From NCBI GenBank assembly GCA_964016885.1, contig OZ024742.1, positions 219,852,001 to 219,916,000 of the forward strand: a stretch of DNA of 64,000 bases. The letters run 5' to 3'. This DNA is from Eledone cirrhosa (Eukaryota). Under the pieces are notes generated by a model. It ran no database searches, had not been told where the DNA came from, and saw nothing but the letters and a program-made list of their open reading frames with translations. Made by a program: the position numbers and the translations under genes. Below are positions 39,751 to 54,821 of the stretch, piece after piece. How positions within the stretch are numbered: position 1 is the stretch's first letter; every line of letters starts with the position of its first letter.

Positions 39751-42700
39751 GGTATATATATATATTTTTTTTCTCAAAAATGGCTGACTGAATATACACA
39801 TGCTTTTTCTAAAAAAATATTGTTTTGCATTCCTTTTCCTCTTCTTATTCTCTTTCTATTTCATCTTCCATTTCTCCTATTTTCTGATGAAGTACTAGTG
39901 TCCTCTTTTCCTACCATATCAAATGCTAAACTAATATATTTCTTCATTATGCTATGTTTGGTTTGTTGTTCCCATTTACGTTTTACATGTGTGTGTTTGT
40001 CATCCTCATCAGCACTCTTCTTTTAGCGTGGATGTGTATAAAGCTCTGCATCTTTGTTACAACTCCCATATATTATTATCTCCTAACATCTACTTCACAT
40101 CCTGCTGTGCAAAATATTGTATCTTTAATTATACTCACTATTAGCTTCTATCAACTGACAATGTTCACACTAACCTTTTTACAAACATTATCTTATACCT
40201 TTACTTTATTTTATCACATTTACATTCAATCACCTTTATCTTTTATCTTTATTTTCCATTTCTGCACTTTATTTTTTTCATTTCTGCATCTTTATTTATA
40301 ATTGATTGATTTATTAATTAACTAATTATCATTTTTTATTTTTTATCTGTGCGTATGTATGTAGCCTCTTTATATGTTTCCATTCAAACTCATGGTTTTC
40401 ATTTTATTGTACTATTGTATTATTTTTTAGTTTCTCACATATTTTCCACTTTTTTCTTTATATACTTCATATAATTAAACACTACATAATTGTTAATCTT
40501 TAATTTTTAATTGTTGTTTTTAATTTTTAATGTTTAATTCTTAACCCTTTAACATTTATTTATCTATTCACTTATTTATTTAATTTCTTCATCAATATAA
40601 GCCTTTGCAGTCAGTGAAACGACCTGGGTTGTCTTACCTGATAATAGTGGGAGTGATTTGGTTAAGCATGTCACCACCAGAATAGTAATTCAAAGTTGTT
40701 GATGTCCAGCAGATAAGTAGAACCTCTCTGTGAATGTCATATGAAGTTGAAGTATCTCACCAACTTGTGCTGATGCCATAAAATGCACTTAGTACACTCT
40801 GTAAAGTGTTAGGCAGGGAATCCAATGATAGAAACCATGTCAAAAATGGAACAGACAAGCAAGATATGGTCCACCAGACTACTTAGGAGAAGAATAATTC
40901 CAAATAAAAACGAACATAGACCATGAAAACACACCTAACCCATGCCAGCATGGAAAGCAAACATAGAATAATAATGAGGATGAAGAACAAATGATTTAAA
41001 TAGTAGTTACAGTTATCAAAACCAATTAATTGAAATTCATACCAATTAGTGGAATTACTTTTCTTTGTATGAATCTTCAATTGGGAGATTACAACTCACT
41101 GTAATTCAAGTAACAATAAACTCTCTTTTTAATTGTCCTATACTTCAACTTTATTTCTTCTCATACAAAACTATGTTTGTAAAACATATTTTCTTTCTTT
41201 ATAGAGCTACTTTTAACTCATAGCCAGCCATTTACTATTCCTTTGTTACTAATATGGTTAGTCTAATTTTAAGATATTAATGCAGAAATCAAGTTGAAAT
41301 AGTTTGTTGCTCATTCACTTATTCTAAAGTATTAAATATTAGAATCATTCCATGTTTTATGGCAAGCTGTCTACATTGCTACAATATTAATGGGTGAAAT
41401 CACTTCTAATGCAACCAATACAACATTTCATTTCTAGTTTCATACAAATAGTAATTTCATCATACTCCACTGATTTTGGACGATGAGTTTACTTTAAAAG
41501 CTCTTTAAAACACCTGTTACATTTGGATTTATTCAAATTGATGTCTGACAGAAGAATATCACCATCATCATTTGAACATTTATATATTTCATGTTGATAG
41601 GAGCTGGACAACTCTGCAGCACAAATGTGTAGCACCACTTCTGATTCTTTATTATTGAGATTTGTGTGATCCAATACACTTATACACTTGGTTCTCACCA
41701 TTTCTTCTCACAGTTTGGGAACAACTTCACAAGTTTCTTTTCTCTTTATACCTTCATAATATTACATTAAAAACCTATTTCTAAATATTCTTCTATCAAA
41801 ACAAATCCTTTCAATATGATTCCAAATGTTGCAAATGTTTAAAAATAAAGTTGAAATATCTTCAATTTATTTGATATGGTTGAGAAAGTCTTACTCTGAA
41901 CATGGAATCTTCTTTTCCTAGCAGGCTGAAACCAGTTTCCAACTTTGAAGACCTAACATCAGAACCTAGTCTCATATCTTTCATCAGATCTAGATTTTTA
42001 CTCCAGCTAGAACAGGATTTTGAGAAGTTCCTCCTACAGCCACTGACATATACCTGGACTACTTACAGGAAGGAAGTTTCATCTTTCCTTTGACTATTGG
42101 CTACTGGCCAGATCACATTATCTAGTCATAGATAACAAATAATTAAAATTATCAAAATCACTACAAATGGTAGCTCCACAATTCCTATTAGTAATCAAGC
42201 ATCCATAACATAGCAAAACCCATAACTGTAGACCGGGATTTCTCTTCAGAGCCAAAAAACTTGTCAGCCTGAGCAGCTGCTGAATTTTTAGAATACTCAA
42301 CTGTGACCCACATTAGAAGTCTGATTCCACATCAAGGATGGTGCTAATGGCATCATAAACCACATCATAAACAGGCATCATAAACCACATCCCCCAAAAG
42401 CTATCCACTGGATTAGCAAAATTACTCATATACTAATACATTACAACCTTTCACCCACACAAACACTGCTTCTTCTGGTTACTGTAGACATGAGAGTGAC
42501 TCACTTCCCACATTACAACCTCTCACCCACAGAAACACTACTTTATCCATGAACAGTGAATCACTAACATTCTACAGTCTCTAACCCACAGACACCCTAT
42601 TTCATTTTGCTACACTATACACAAGGATTCCAATTTGGTGAGCAAGTATAATTGGTTAGTTCTTAATTTGTTTAAAAACATCAGGGTATGATGAAGATAG

Positions 42701-44401
42701 TAGCTTTACAAAGGCGGCGGAAGTATTGTAAGGGAAGTAATAAGACAGATGATAAACATACACTCACTATATTTTTTTAGATATGTTTTTTTTTTAATTC
42801 ATTTATTTGATAGCTAAGGCTAGGACAAAACACACTATTAAAGGGAACAAAAAAGAAAGATAAAAAAGAAGGACAAAAAAGAAATGAAAAAAAAAAATGA
42901 ATTAAGCAACAAAGGAAAGGGAGAGGGGCTGGGACAGACACTACACTTAAGTCTCGGTGGTGTTCATCAGTGTTTCGCAGAAAAAATGGCAAAGGCATTA
43001 CTGTGGAAAATAGCCAGAGACACCTGTTGCAACAGCCACTCCACCTCACAAGGCTCCTCACTTTATTTCAAACATAACATAGAATATAACAGTGATATAA
43101 GTGCAGGCATAATTGCATGGTTATAAATTTCACTATGTAACTATATGTTGGCATCTTCATTTCCCCTGTTTGGCACTGAATCTTATAACATAGTTTTGAG
43201 TCAATCAAAGCCTTATAAGTAAAAATTGGAGGAAGGAAATTGTGTGGAAGGCCATCAAAGCACCATTCCTGTTCTTGGGTGGCAGACTTAATCTATCCCT
43301 TGATTTAACGCCACATATTGACCTATGGGTGCTTTTATTAGATCCCACTTTGCTGTAAAAATTTAAGCTATGTCACCTGTTTGAGGATAACTCTTCTTTC
43401 TTATTTCCTCCCGCCTGTCTCAAAGACTATACAAATGGCCATTGGTGTTCTCCTTCATCCTCCGATAATAAATCAATGTAATATAAAAAGTAAATAAAAC
43501 AAATGACCACTTTAATAACAATAGCTTGGGTAGAAATAGTGGTAATTTTTCAATACACTGCAAGGGATGAGCCTATATTTTTGTTTAATTACTCTGGATA
43601 TTCCAACAAAATAACATCATTTATAATGCTGATATGCAAAGAAGACTAACTAGCTATAGGAAAACAAAGGACAAGTATAAATAACATTAAGATAAACACT
43701 GAAAAGACTGAAGAAAAAACCTGGGAAAGCTGGTATTAATTGGGATGAGAAAAATGACTACAGTAACAGAGTAATAAGAAAAAAAGAAAACTAAGTCAAC
43801 TGGGAGAAGTTTGTTACTGTATACGGATTAATACAGAGAAGGACTACGTTGAAAAACAATAGCCAGACAACTGGCTACATATTAAAAGTAATATTGATAA
43901 GTATCCATTACAGCAGGCAATGTGAGCTGATGTAAATATTTACTGGCATTTTTTCTTCAATAGTGTAATAACATCTCTCTCTTTTCTAAATATTTTAGAA
44001 GCATTTTAAGCAGTATTTAGCCTATAGTACATTTCAATAAACTACTGCTGCTAATGGGCATGGTTTAGCTGTTCAGTGATGTTCACATGCTTGTCAGGTA
44101 TTACAATTATGATGAGATGCTTACTTGAGCTGATGCCAATGCCTAAAGTCACCAAACAACCAATAATTTGAAGCTTGCTGGTTTTATAATATTAAAATTC
44201 AAATAAAATCACAATTGTTCTTGATGAGGTGCAGGCATGTCTGTGTAGTTAAGAAATTTGCTTCATAACTATCTGGTTTTGAGTTCAATCCCAAAGTGTG
44301 GCACCTGAAGCAATTGTCTTCTACTATAGTCTTGAGCTGATCAATGCCTTATGCATGAAATTGGTATACAAAAACTATGACAAAGCCTGTCATATATATA
44401 T

Positions 44402-44469
<68 letters not shown>

Positions 44470-46675
44470 GTATATACATGTATGTGAGTGTGTGTGCATT
44501 TCCAAATGTATCTTTGCCTTGCACTGATACCATTGGGGATTTGTTAACATTTGTTTATGTTCTGTGGTTCAGTCAGTGATTTGACATACAAAGATTAGTC
44601 CCTTAAAAGAAAAAAAAACAAAAAAAAAACAGATAAGGGCATTTGCCTGTAGTATACTATCTCACAAAATCCTCGTACCACTCAAGATAGCATGAAAAAA
44701 AGGAATGTAAAAATGATGACGATGACAATAATGATGTTATTGTTCAGTCTCAAGTCAACCCGAATTGAGCCAACCTATAATCAAAAGTATCTAGGCTATG
44801 ACCATACTCTCTTTGGGAGATGAGATGTCATGGATTCAATTACTGGACTGGGTTGCATATTGTTCTCTTGAGCAACACACTTCATTTCATGTTACTCCAG
44901 TATACTCAGCTGAAAATGAATACCAGCAATAGCTGGGGATTTAACATTGTGATGGATTCGCATTCTGTCCAGGAGGGAGTCTTGTACTCTCAGTTGCTTA
45001 ATGCCACAGAATCTGGGATAAAGACCAGGCTGATGAGCCTCCAGACTCAAGACAGACTTTACATGTTTCCTGGAGGCAGTGTATATCTTGAACTACAATA
45101 TAAAATGTGTCCTTCCCCTCTTAAGCTAGCAAGTTTGAATTTGAGGGGAAATTTGTTTGCTATTCATAGCAGGTTTAATGACCACTTGCAACAGAATAAG
45201 GCCTGTTAAAGACACTCATGGGCTAGGTCATAATTAAAATGAGTGATGGATTAAGTCTGAACCTCCTCAAGCAAGCCAAAGTAAGATTTAAACTTAGAAC
45301 ACAAAGAAGCGGAACAAATACTGCAATTCCATCAATCTATTAGTTGGACTTCTACTTTACTTTATTAATCCTGAAAAGATGAAAGACAAAGCTGACCATG
45401 TTAAAGTCTGTTCTAAGCAGAAACCTCATTGTACTGGAGCTGCACTCCTGTTTACCTTCTTTTTTATGTATTAAGCTGAACTGTTGATGTCTTTAGTGAT
45501 GTTTATTCTGTTGTAAAGATTTAGACCAGGTTTTTGTTCTGAGGATAGCAATTTTCTCCTCTATGTTCTCCCCTAGTCTCAGATGCTGTTAGTTAAGTTA
45601 AAGACTGTTCTAGGCTGAAGGCTCATCAGGCTAGGGCTTATACCGGGTTTCCTTGGCATTAAGCAACTGAGAGTATAAGACATTCCCAGGACAGGACACT
45701 GGTCTACTGCAGGTTTAACTTCTCAACTCTGCTAGTATTAATTCTCAGCTAAGTGGACTGGAGCAACGTAAAATAAAGTGTTTAGCTCAAGAACACAATG
45801 TAACAGCCTGTCCAGGAATCAAACCGATCCGAGGTTAACTTTGCCTTTCATCCTTACGGGGTCGATAAAATAAAGTACCAGTAATGCACTGGGTATTTGC
45901 TGGCCTTGTGCCAAAAGTAGAAACAATTATGATTTTATGTCAAGTATCTTAATCATTAGGCCATGGCAAGATTTGAACTCAGAGTTCAAGTGTTAACCCC
46001 AAGTAAGAGAATTAAGAAGTTTGCTTCATAATCATGAGGTATTAGGTTCAATCTCCCACAAGTCTTGTGAGAGAAAATTAGTAGACTGAAACTATGTGGA
46101 AGCCTGTTGGATAGATTGTATCTGTAATTCGAAAGTACAGTCTTGTCACATATTGTGTCATGCTAAATTTGACTTGGGAATTATATCAGAGATATATGTG
46201 TTTGTGGAATACTCAGCCAACTGCAAGTTAAATTTCATGAGAAGCAATGCTCAGTTGATGAATATCTTAATGCTAATTGTCAAAACTATTGGAGGATGCT
46301 GTGATTGTGGTCCATGCATGATAAGAGAAAAAAAAGAAAAACAGTAGAGATTAGGATATACGTATGTCATTAGTTAAGTACCAATGAATTCTTTTACAAT
46401 ATTGTCTACTCAGATTCCTAGCAGATATTTTAAATCATTTATGTCCTTTTATAATTGTGGAAAGACTTGTATACAAGAAAAAGAAATGAAAATAGCTTTT
46501 TATAGTATATAGACTAGATTGATGAGATATGAAAGAGTGAAGTTGGTTGCAAGTAGATTGTTTTATGTTGTATGTTTATAAGAATAGGTCCTAAGGGGAA
46601 CATATCTTTCGACATTTAATGGTATAGCTCTGAAAGAAGGTTATAATATACCATTAGTTTTGAGGGGAAAATAGA

Positions 46676-46723
<48 letters not shown>

Positions 46724-48188
46724 GCATACACACACATACATAAACACATATGCACACACACATATAAATAGACATACACATATACATACATATGCAAACA
46801 TATTTATACATACACACACATACATACATAATACACACACACATATACATACATACACACTAACACAACCAGACAAACACACACATGTACAGACACAAAG
46901 ACACATACATACACACTCATACATACATAACTAACTGTTTACTTAGCAGTATAGCAACAACTCTCTTTCTCTCATGCACACACATGCACGCACACACGCA
47001 CACACGCACACACGCACACTTTCTCTCTCCTCTTTTTTATGTGTCATTTTAAGTTTCCCTTTTTCTAGCGTTACCATATACACAACATGTCTGCATCATA
47101 TCCTGTCCTCTTTCCAATCAAAAGACACTCACTTGTTGTCCCCTGTTTCTATGATCTGTTGTCTCATATGCATCTTTCCAGTGTTTTGTTCTAAGATGTC
47201 ATGCAGCCTGGGCTCAATATTTGGGAATACCACCCTTATGCATGAAATTGCATTGCTCAGAGGGTGGCTGGCTGATGAGGAAGTTAGATGCTTTTATTTG
47301 ATTGTCCAACATATTTCTTTTTCCAATGCAACTTTGCTATTTAATACATACATGCATATACATACATGCATACACACAGATGTATAAATGCATACATACA
47401 TATGCGTGTGTGTGTATGTGTGTGAAGTATGATACCCATTTTTTTATATGCATCTTTGTGATCTATTTCATACATATATATGTATATGCATGCACACACA
47501 CACACACGTGTGTGTGTAAAATAGATACCCATATGGAGAGATAAATTCGCATTGAATTTTTAATCTTAGAAATACAGGATGATATGTAACATAACAGACC
47601 AACATTTAAAATTGATCATCTGAAGCATGTAAAATAGGGAAGAATTTAAAATGATTTTGGTGTTTTTTTATTTCTTTGTGAAGTATTCTGGTTATAAAAG
47701 TGAGTGATGTTGATGGCTGAGTTAGTTGGTATGTAGCTGGGTGGTAAGTAAATGTGTTGGTGGATGGGTGTAGTGGTAGGAAATTGTTTTTATGGCTGCA
47801 TATATATATGTATGTGTATATATATATATGTATGTATATATATATATGTATGTATATATATATATATGTATGTATATATACACACACATATATATATATA
47901 TATACATACATATATATATACACACATGTGTGTGTGTCTATATATAAATCAAGGGATATATATACACTTTTCAACATTATGTGCTCCATACCACAAGTAC
48001 ATTCCCCATCATTCTTTTCAGTTGGTCTATCTTTCCAAAGAAGATCTTAAGCTGAAAATATCAAAGAATTTCTATTTCCATTTTTAAGACATCAACTTTA
48101 TAACTATACTTGTTTTAACCCCTCTTTCAAGTCGTTCTTTTCTTGGAACTTGTACTCCACCTCTCTCTATATCTATATACATATGCAA

Positions 48189-48225
<37 letters not shown>

Positions 48226-48654
48226 ATATACAAACATATACACACACATACATGCATATACAAACATTTATATACAGTTACACATACATACATATACTAA
48301 CACATATATATATATATACACACACACGCATACATGCATATACAAACATTTATATACAGTTACACATACATATACTAACATATATATACATATACACACA
48401 CACATACATATACAAACATATATATATACACATACACACATATATATATGATGAATTTATATCTGTGTATATATAAATACAGATATAAATTTACATATTG
48501 AGTATTTAAACATGCCAAATTCATGTATTTTCCCTGAAAATTGAAAGAATGATAAATCAATTTTCAAATTATTTAGGAATTTCATCAGAAGATACATCAT
48601 CTAAACAACCACAAGGAAATACATAACTGAGGGGTTATAGTATTTTTACTGTAA

Positions 48655-48997
48655 TCATCATCATTCATCATTTTACGTCCGCTTTTCCCTGCTTGCAAGG
48701 GTGGGACGGGAACTGATTCTGGCTTGATTTCTACAGCTGGATGTCCTTCCTAACACGAACCTCATTTACAGTGAGTGATGGGTGCTTTTTTTTTGCCGTG
48801 GCGTCTACACGTCCACTTTACAGTGGAATGATAGGGACCCCAGTCCTTACCATCTCATTTCTACAGCTGAGTAAACTGGAGCAATGTGAAATAAAGTGTC
48901 TTGCTCAAGGAAACAACACATCACCCGGTCTGAGAATTGAACTCACAGCCTTTCGATTGCAAGGCCAATGCTCTAACCACTAAGCCATGTGCCTCCA
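48655..48997 (-). mobile_element. SINE family B
   Basis: Full copy flanked by tgtaat on both sides. Confidence 0.88.
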
Positions 48998-49299
48998 TGT
49001 AATGGACATATTAATTTGCATAACTCAAGCTAGTAGCTAATTTTAATATTAAATTATGCATGAAGTAGCTGACATCTATACTGTATTTATGGAAGGAAGG
49101 AATCAATCGACAAGATCCCAGACTTCCTTCATTTACTGACTGCGGTGGAGCACGTTTAAGTAGACTGGGGAAACAATGTTTCCGTTTGTCTTTCCATTGT
49201 TGAAACTATCTACTAGTCACAACTCTTGGCAGCAGGAGCAACGTATATATAAAGATATAAAATTCATGGGTTCCCTAATGAAAGGGACTGCCTAACGCA

Positions 49300-49700
49300 G
49301 CTCCTGCATTATTTTGATGATATTTTAAGAGCTTTGGGAGAGGGATCCAACACTGATGTCATATACCTTGATTTCAACAAGGCTTGACAGGGTTAATCAC
49401 AACATTCTACTGAAGAAATTATCCAACATTAGTGTCTCTGCAAAGTTACTGCAATGAATCCAGTGTTTTCTGACAAACAGAGCCCAGCATGTTGTGGTCG
49501 AAGGAATACAATGAAGCCTAGCCAAAGTCAGTAGTGGCATCCCATGAGGCCCAGTGTTGGGGGCCCACTTCTCTTCATTATATATATCAAGGACATCACT
49601 AATGTCATTAAGCACAACAACATAAGGATCTTTGCAGATGATTCAAGGTTCCAGAAGGTTATCAATGGAGTGGGAGACTGGATATGCCTTCAGATCTACA
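49300..49700 (+). mobile_element. CR1/L2-type RT fragment
   Basis: DVIYLDF...GPLLFIIYIKD...IFADDS; same family as 10345-10625. Confidence 0.8.
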
Positions 49701-49749
49701 AATATATGCACATCCACCCACATTGTCTATGCCCTCCATTGTTCCCTTT

Positions 49750-50593
49750 GCGGGTCTTTTGGACCGTTTTGCTGAGCATTTGAGGGACATACGACTCAGT
49801 TTGGATACTCCTGTTGCCTGTCATTTCTGTTTTCCTGGTCATTCTTCCCTACATGTTTCAGTCCTGGGTGTCCTTTCACATCATGGATCACAGGCCTCGT
49901 GCACCAGGATTGAACAAAGGCTGATTCCCTGCCTTGGGTCCTATTCCCCTCTTAGGCTCAACTCACCTCCCCAATTTCTCTAATACCTCGTTCATTATCA
50001 CACCCCTAGATTTCTACTGCTTTCTCTTGATCATTAACATCTTCTCTTACAACTAATACAGGCCAACTATATATGCGCACTCCACTTTTCCCTTCACTGC
50101 TCTGTATACATACGCATCCTTATATTAACATACTTTTGCTCATAGCTTCGTACTTACATGCACACACACTCTTTTACTCACACATACACACACATTTCTT
50201 CTTAGCTTCGTACGGACATATAATAACACACACACACACATGCTGCTTACGCATGTGCACAAGTATAGCTCTTTTTACAAAATGTTTTTTTTTCCATTTC
50301 AGGTAGACACGTTACATCATCCACTTTTCTAAAAAACAAATCATACACAAAACGCCAGCACCAACAGTTTTCAAAGAGATGTCAACATGAATGGACCTGT
50401 TATTTTTATCTAAAGACATTTTTTCCAATTCCAACCTGCCCCTCCCCTCAATCTATCTTATTTCTCATTCTTTCTTGTGATAAAGGACTAGCATTCGAAA
50501 CGTTAAGACTCTCTTCCTGCTACATCAAGCGTTAACCTAATATATCCCTTTCATATACTGTACCGATTGTGTTGTTATTTCTGTTTACCTTTT

Positions 50594-50595
<2 letters not shown>
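49750..50595 (+). mobile_element. Penelope-like (Neptune-type) GIY-YIG 3' fragment
   Basis: RFAEHLRDI...PVACHF...H...IEQRLI..LGSYSPLRLN; decayed hammerhead TCTT-gtgataa...GAAACGT-T-AAGA at ~50473-50508. Confidence 0.72.
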
Positions 50596-50625
<30 letters not shown>

Positions 50626-51394
50626 TAAAATAACAGATTAAAGTTTAAGCAAAGAATCACTGCTTTCACCCTTAACGGGATCTTCTGAAACTAAAAAAAA
50701 TCAATCTGTGAACGCAGAAGTAAATATTTCGAAAAACGTTGCAACCGATGGAAGACAGGAAGACGATACTTTGGTTTGTGGAAACGTTCCCTGGCAAAGA
50801 ACGAAAAAAAAAACGAAGATAATACGTCATTATTTGGAGCGTTGAAAACAATTACACGCAAAGACAAAACCACGTTTCAATTACCTCTGTAATTTATTTG
50901 CATTATGACGGAGTATATTTAGAATAAGGAAATGCGTAGTAGTTTCAGATGTTGAAGTCCTTTATTGATAAGGCTGTGATACAATTCTGCCTAGCCAGTG
51001 CCATGATGTCATCAGACAACTTCTTACATAATAAGGTTACATTCTCGAGGTAATCCAAATTAAAACAACAAGGGAGTGGACAAAGATGATACTTTTAAAG
51101 CCTTCGCCCATTCCCTTGAGAGCCCTAATTCTCCTCCACAGCTTTGCACAGGTGCAAGTTTGAAGGAAGTTGACCATTTAACTGCTATCCAAAACAACAA
51201 AAGTAGCCTAGGCAAGGACCCGTCCAACCAATCTCCTCCACCCTGGCCGGTAAGATGACACGGTCACAGAGTTCATCACGCCAGCCACTAAGTTATAGTT
51301 TACTGTTAGTCCCACGTCCAGCAGCAACTGACCAAAACTCCGTGGTAATGGTAGAGTATAATTTTTAATACGTTTCAATAAATGAATATATATA

Positions 51395-52120
51395 TGTCTA
51401 AGGCGGGTAAAATTCCCGAGATCCATGGACGAGTTCTCTCCAGCGGTCTCTGTCCCTCATAATCGCTGCCATATCCTGCATCTCCAACAGACCAGTGTCT
51501 GTCCTTAGGGCATCAACATATGTTAACCTTGGTCTTCCTCTTCTAGTGTGTCCATGTAGGGGCTCCCAAAGGAGCACTGAGTGCAATGTCAACTCTGGAT
51601 GTCGGTGAGCATGTCCAGCCAACCTCAGTCTCCTCTGTGTCACTTTTGAGCTGACTTTTGGGATGCTCCCATACAGCTCTGAGTTTTTCATCCTCAGTGT
51701 ATACTGATTAATGTTCAGAGCCATCCTCAGCATTCTCGTGTAGCACCCATCCACCATCTGAGTGAGTTTCTTGGTCAGTGTCTAAGTCTCAGACCCATAC
51801 AGCAGCACAGACTCCACTACAGTGAAGGAGGCAGAGGATTTGATGCGGGAGGTTGAGACTGTGTCGATGAGTGTGGAGCTGAGAATGAATGAGACTAAAA
51901 CAAAATATCTGGTAGAGAATGTTGAGAAGCCAGAGGGGATCACTAATGTAGGCGGGAAGCCGCTGGAATTGGTTGAGGACTTCCTGTATTTGGGAGCAAA
52001 GATTGGGAATACGGAAGATGATGTGGTTGAGAGGAAGAGCAAGGCCTGGGCGGCGTGCCACAGCTTGAGATCGGTGTGGAAGTCGGACCTTCGTAGAGAC
52101 CTGAAAATCCACCTCTTCAT
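51395..52120 (-). mobile_element. RTE-clade family 4 insertion with 5' inversion
   Basis: 3' part on minus (51398-51821); the immediately upstream part is on plus (51822-52120, VEDFLYLG...DLKIHLF); (TA)n flanks. Confidence 0.88.
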
Positions 52121-52479
52121 ATATATATACACATATATTTATAAATACATATATACTTATACACACACTCGCACATGTATATATATTTATATATACACAC
52201 ACACATGAATATATATTATATACATATACACATGAATATATATTATATATACATATACACATCTACATATACACATAAATATATATATATATATACACAT
52301 ATATACATGCACATATACACACACACACACATATATATATATGCATATATATATATAAATATATACACACACATATGCATATACATATATATACACACAT
52401 ATATGCATGTATGGGTGTATCGTGAACCTAATACCAATACTGTTCGTAACTGCACTCATTGTTTTTGTTTTGTTCTTTG

Positions 52480-52526
<47 letters not shown>

Positions 52527-52537
52527 TGTTCATAAAA

Positions 52538-52727
52538 ATAATTGTTTCTACTTTAGGCACAAGGCCAGCAATTACCCAGTGCATTACTGGTACTTTATTT
52601 TATCGACCCCGTAAGGATGAAAGGCAAAGTCAACCTCGGCGGGATTTGAACTCAGATCGTAAAGGGACGTAACTATGCTGGAAAGCATGGCATCCGACCC
52701 TCTACTGATACTGCCAATCCACCGCCC
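52538..52727 (-). mobile_element. Nin-domain SINE
   Basis: Near-identical to 20856-21045 and 26186-26367. Confidence 0.9.
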
Positions 52728-52749
52728 AATTCACCGCAAAAATAATGAA

Positions 52750-53035
52750 AAATAATGAGCAGGAGAGGTGACTTTATGTACCCTTTGGAGTCCACAGTGA
52801 ATAGTTACCAATTTAGCACCATTTATCAGAACACACACACTCGAGCATTCGTATTGTGACATCAGGGCAATTAGAAGCTGACCATTGATCCCATACTTCT
52901 CCAGAACCTTCCACAGATAGTCCCAAGGATCGTGGTCACATTCTCTTTACAGATCTACAAAACAAGAATATACCTCTTGGCAATACTCCCATTATTTCTC
53001 AAAGACCTGCCACAGGTTGATTGGATTGTGTCTGG
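52750..53035 (-). mobile_element. Decayed RTE RT fragment
   Basis: FVDL...LWKVLEKYGINGQLL; overlaps in sequence with the end of 17350-18260. Confidence 0.65.
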
Positions 53036-54329
53036 GTAAAAAAAAAAAACCTTTTAGAAAAACACCCTCAAAATACCTTAAAAAACACATTTTAAAAAAT
53101 GCCTCTCAAAAAAGCATATATACTTAAGACAAATATACTTGAAACAATACATATGGATGCACATATATACAGATGAAAAAACGGAAAATCTACACATACA
53201 TATTCATACACTTACACAGACATGTACATATATATATATATACACACACACATGCATGTATACATATATGCATACACATAAGTATATGTACCCACGCATG
53301 GGCACGGTTATACATCTCATATTATATGAAAACATTCGTGAGGCGTGGAACCCAACACATTCATGGGGCCATATATGCCTGAAAGTGCATGCATAATATG
53401 CATAAATACAATAATTACGTAGCAGCCACGTACTAATGACAGATAACAAAGGGCGCACATATATGAATGCGTGTACGTACATAAAATATAATAAAATACT
53501 TGAAAAAAGAATGTATACGTGAGAAAGATGCAAAGAAGGTATCTGTTCACGCCACCCGGATATTATTGGGAAGTGCATAAAGTTGCATAAAATACTTAAA
53601 GATTGTAATGCATAGGGTTATATAAGATACAGAAGGACTGAATATCCAAGGGACCGGATAAGAACCTGCACATCAACCATGCATATGAGACAGATTTCAT
53701 GACAGGTGGACACAGGGGACCGTCTAGGTATACACAAACAAGTTATATAAATCGTGAATGTGTATAATATCCTTTTCATAACAGTATATATGAAATGTAC
53801 ATGGAATGGATGCATAAATGGAATATACCAATGGCTTATGTTGTAGGCATGTATATAGCAACGGCAGGCAAAGTTAGAATTAACCTCAACATTTACCTTA
53901 AATCCAACATTAAAGTTGCAAATTAAACATCAAGAATCGAAAATTAAAATTAAAATTCAAAACCACAGATAAGGTTGTAAATAAAATCAAACTTATATTG
54001 AGTCGGCGTCCCCATGTTGGTGGGACAGTGTTATCCAGAGTACGTGACGAGGTAGGTATCGTTGGATCTGCCGTTGATTTCAGCTTGTTTCACCGTGCAT
54101 TCATTGGCATGCTGTGGCATGTTGTGGTCCGCTGCATGCGCCCCAACTGGCATCGTTGTACCTGCTCTGTAAGAGCATCAAGTGCTCAAACGGCCTACCG
54201 CATACGGATGCTTTAAGAATCCCACACCAATTATTTTGCTCCTTCCCAGGTTGAGCGCTTGCAGCGAATCGCCATGGAGAAATTCCAGTACTCTTCCTCA
54301 CCCAAAGACATCCCGATCCCTTCGGACAA

Positions 54330-54668
54330 AGGTAAAGTTAACCTCGGCGGGATTTGAGGTTAACTTTGCCTTTCATCCTTACGGGTCGATCAAATAAAGT
54401 ACCAGTAATACACTTATATAATTGCTGGCCTTGTGCCCAAAGTAGAAACAATCATTATTATTGTTGATTCTGAAATAATAATAATTGTTTCTACTTTTTG
54501 GCACAAGGCCAGCAATTACCAGTACATTACTGGTACTTTATTTTATCGACCCCGTAAGGATGAAAGGCAAAGTTAACCTCGGCGGGATTCGAACTCAGAA
54601 TGGCAACGGCCGTAACTCTGTGCGTCAAAGTATAGCGTCCGACCCTCTACCGATACTGCCAATCCACC
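54330..54668. mobile_element. Two Nin-domain SINEs tail-to-tail
   Basis: Truncated plus copy 54356-54460 with a short inverted head; full minus copy 54484-54668 with TSD ttctgaaataataataat. Confidence 0.85.
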
Positions 54669-54782
54669 AATTCTGAAATAATAATAATGTGAGCGGAACA
54701 TTTGCAATCGGGGAAGAGAGATACCTGGAAATGTATGGATGTCTGGAATATATGTGTGTGTATATATATATATATATATATG

Positions 54783-54820
<38 letters not shown>

Positions 54821-54821
54821 C

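Noticed and set aside
40616-40645. GAAACGACC..GGTTGTC stem III with GUC site
   Set aside because: No CUGANGA core with a valid stem I nearby.
48550-48595. Minus-strand CTGATGA...GAAA hammerhead candidate
   Set aside because: Stems I and III do not pair convincingly; expected by chance in AT-rich DNA.
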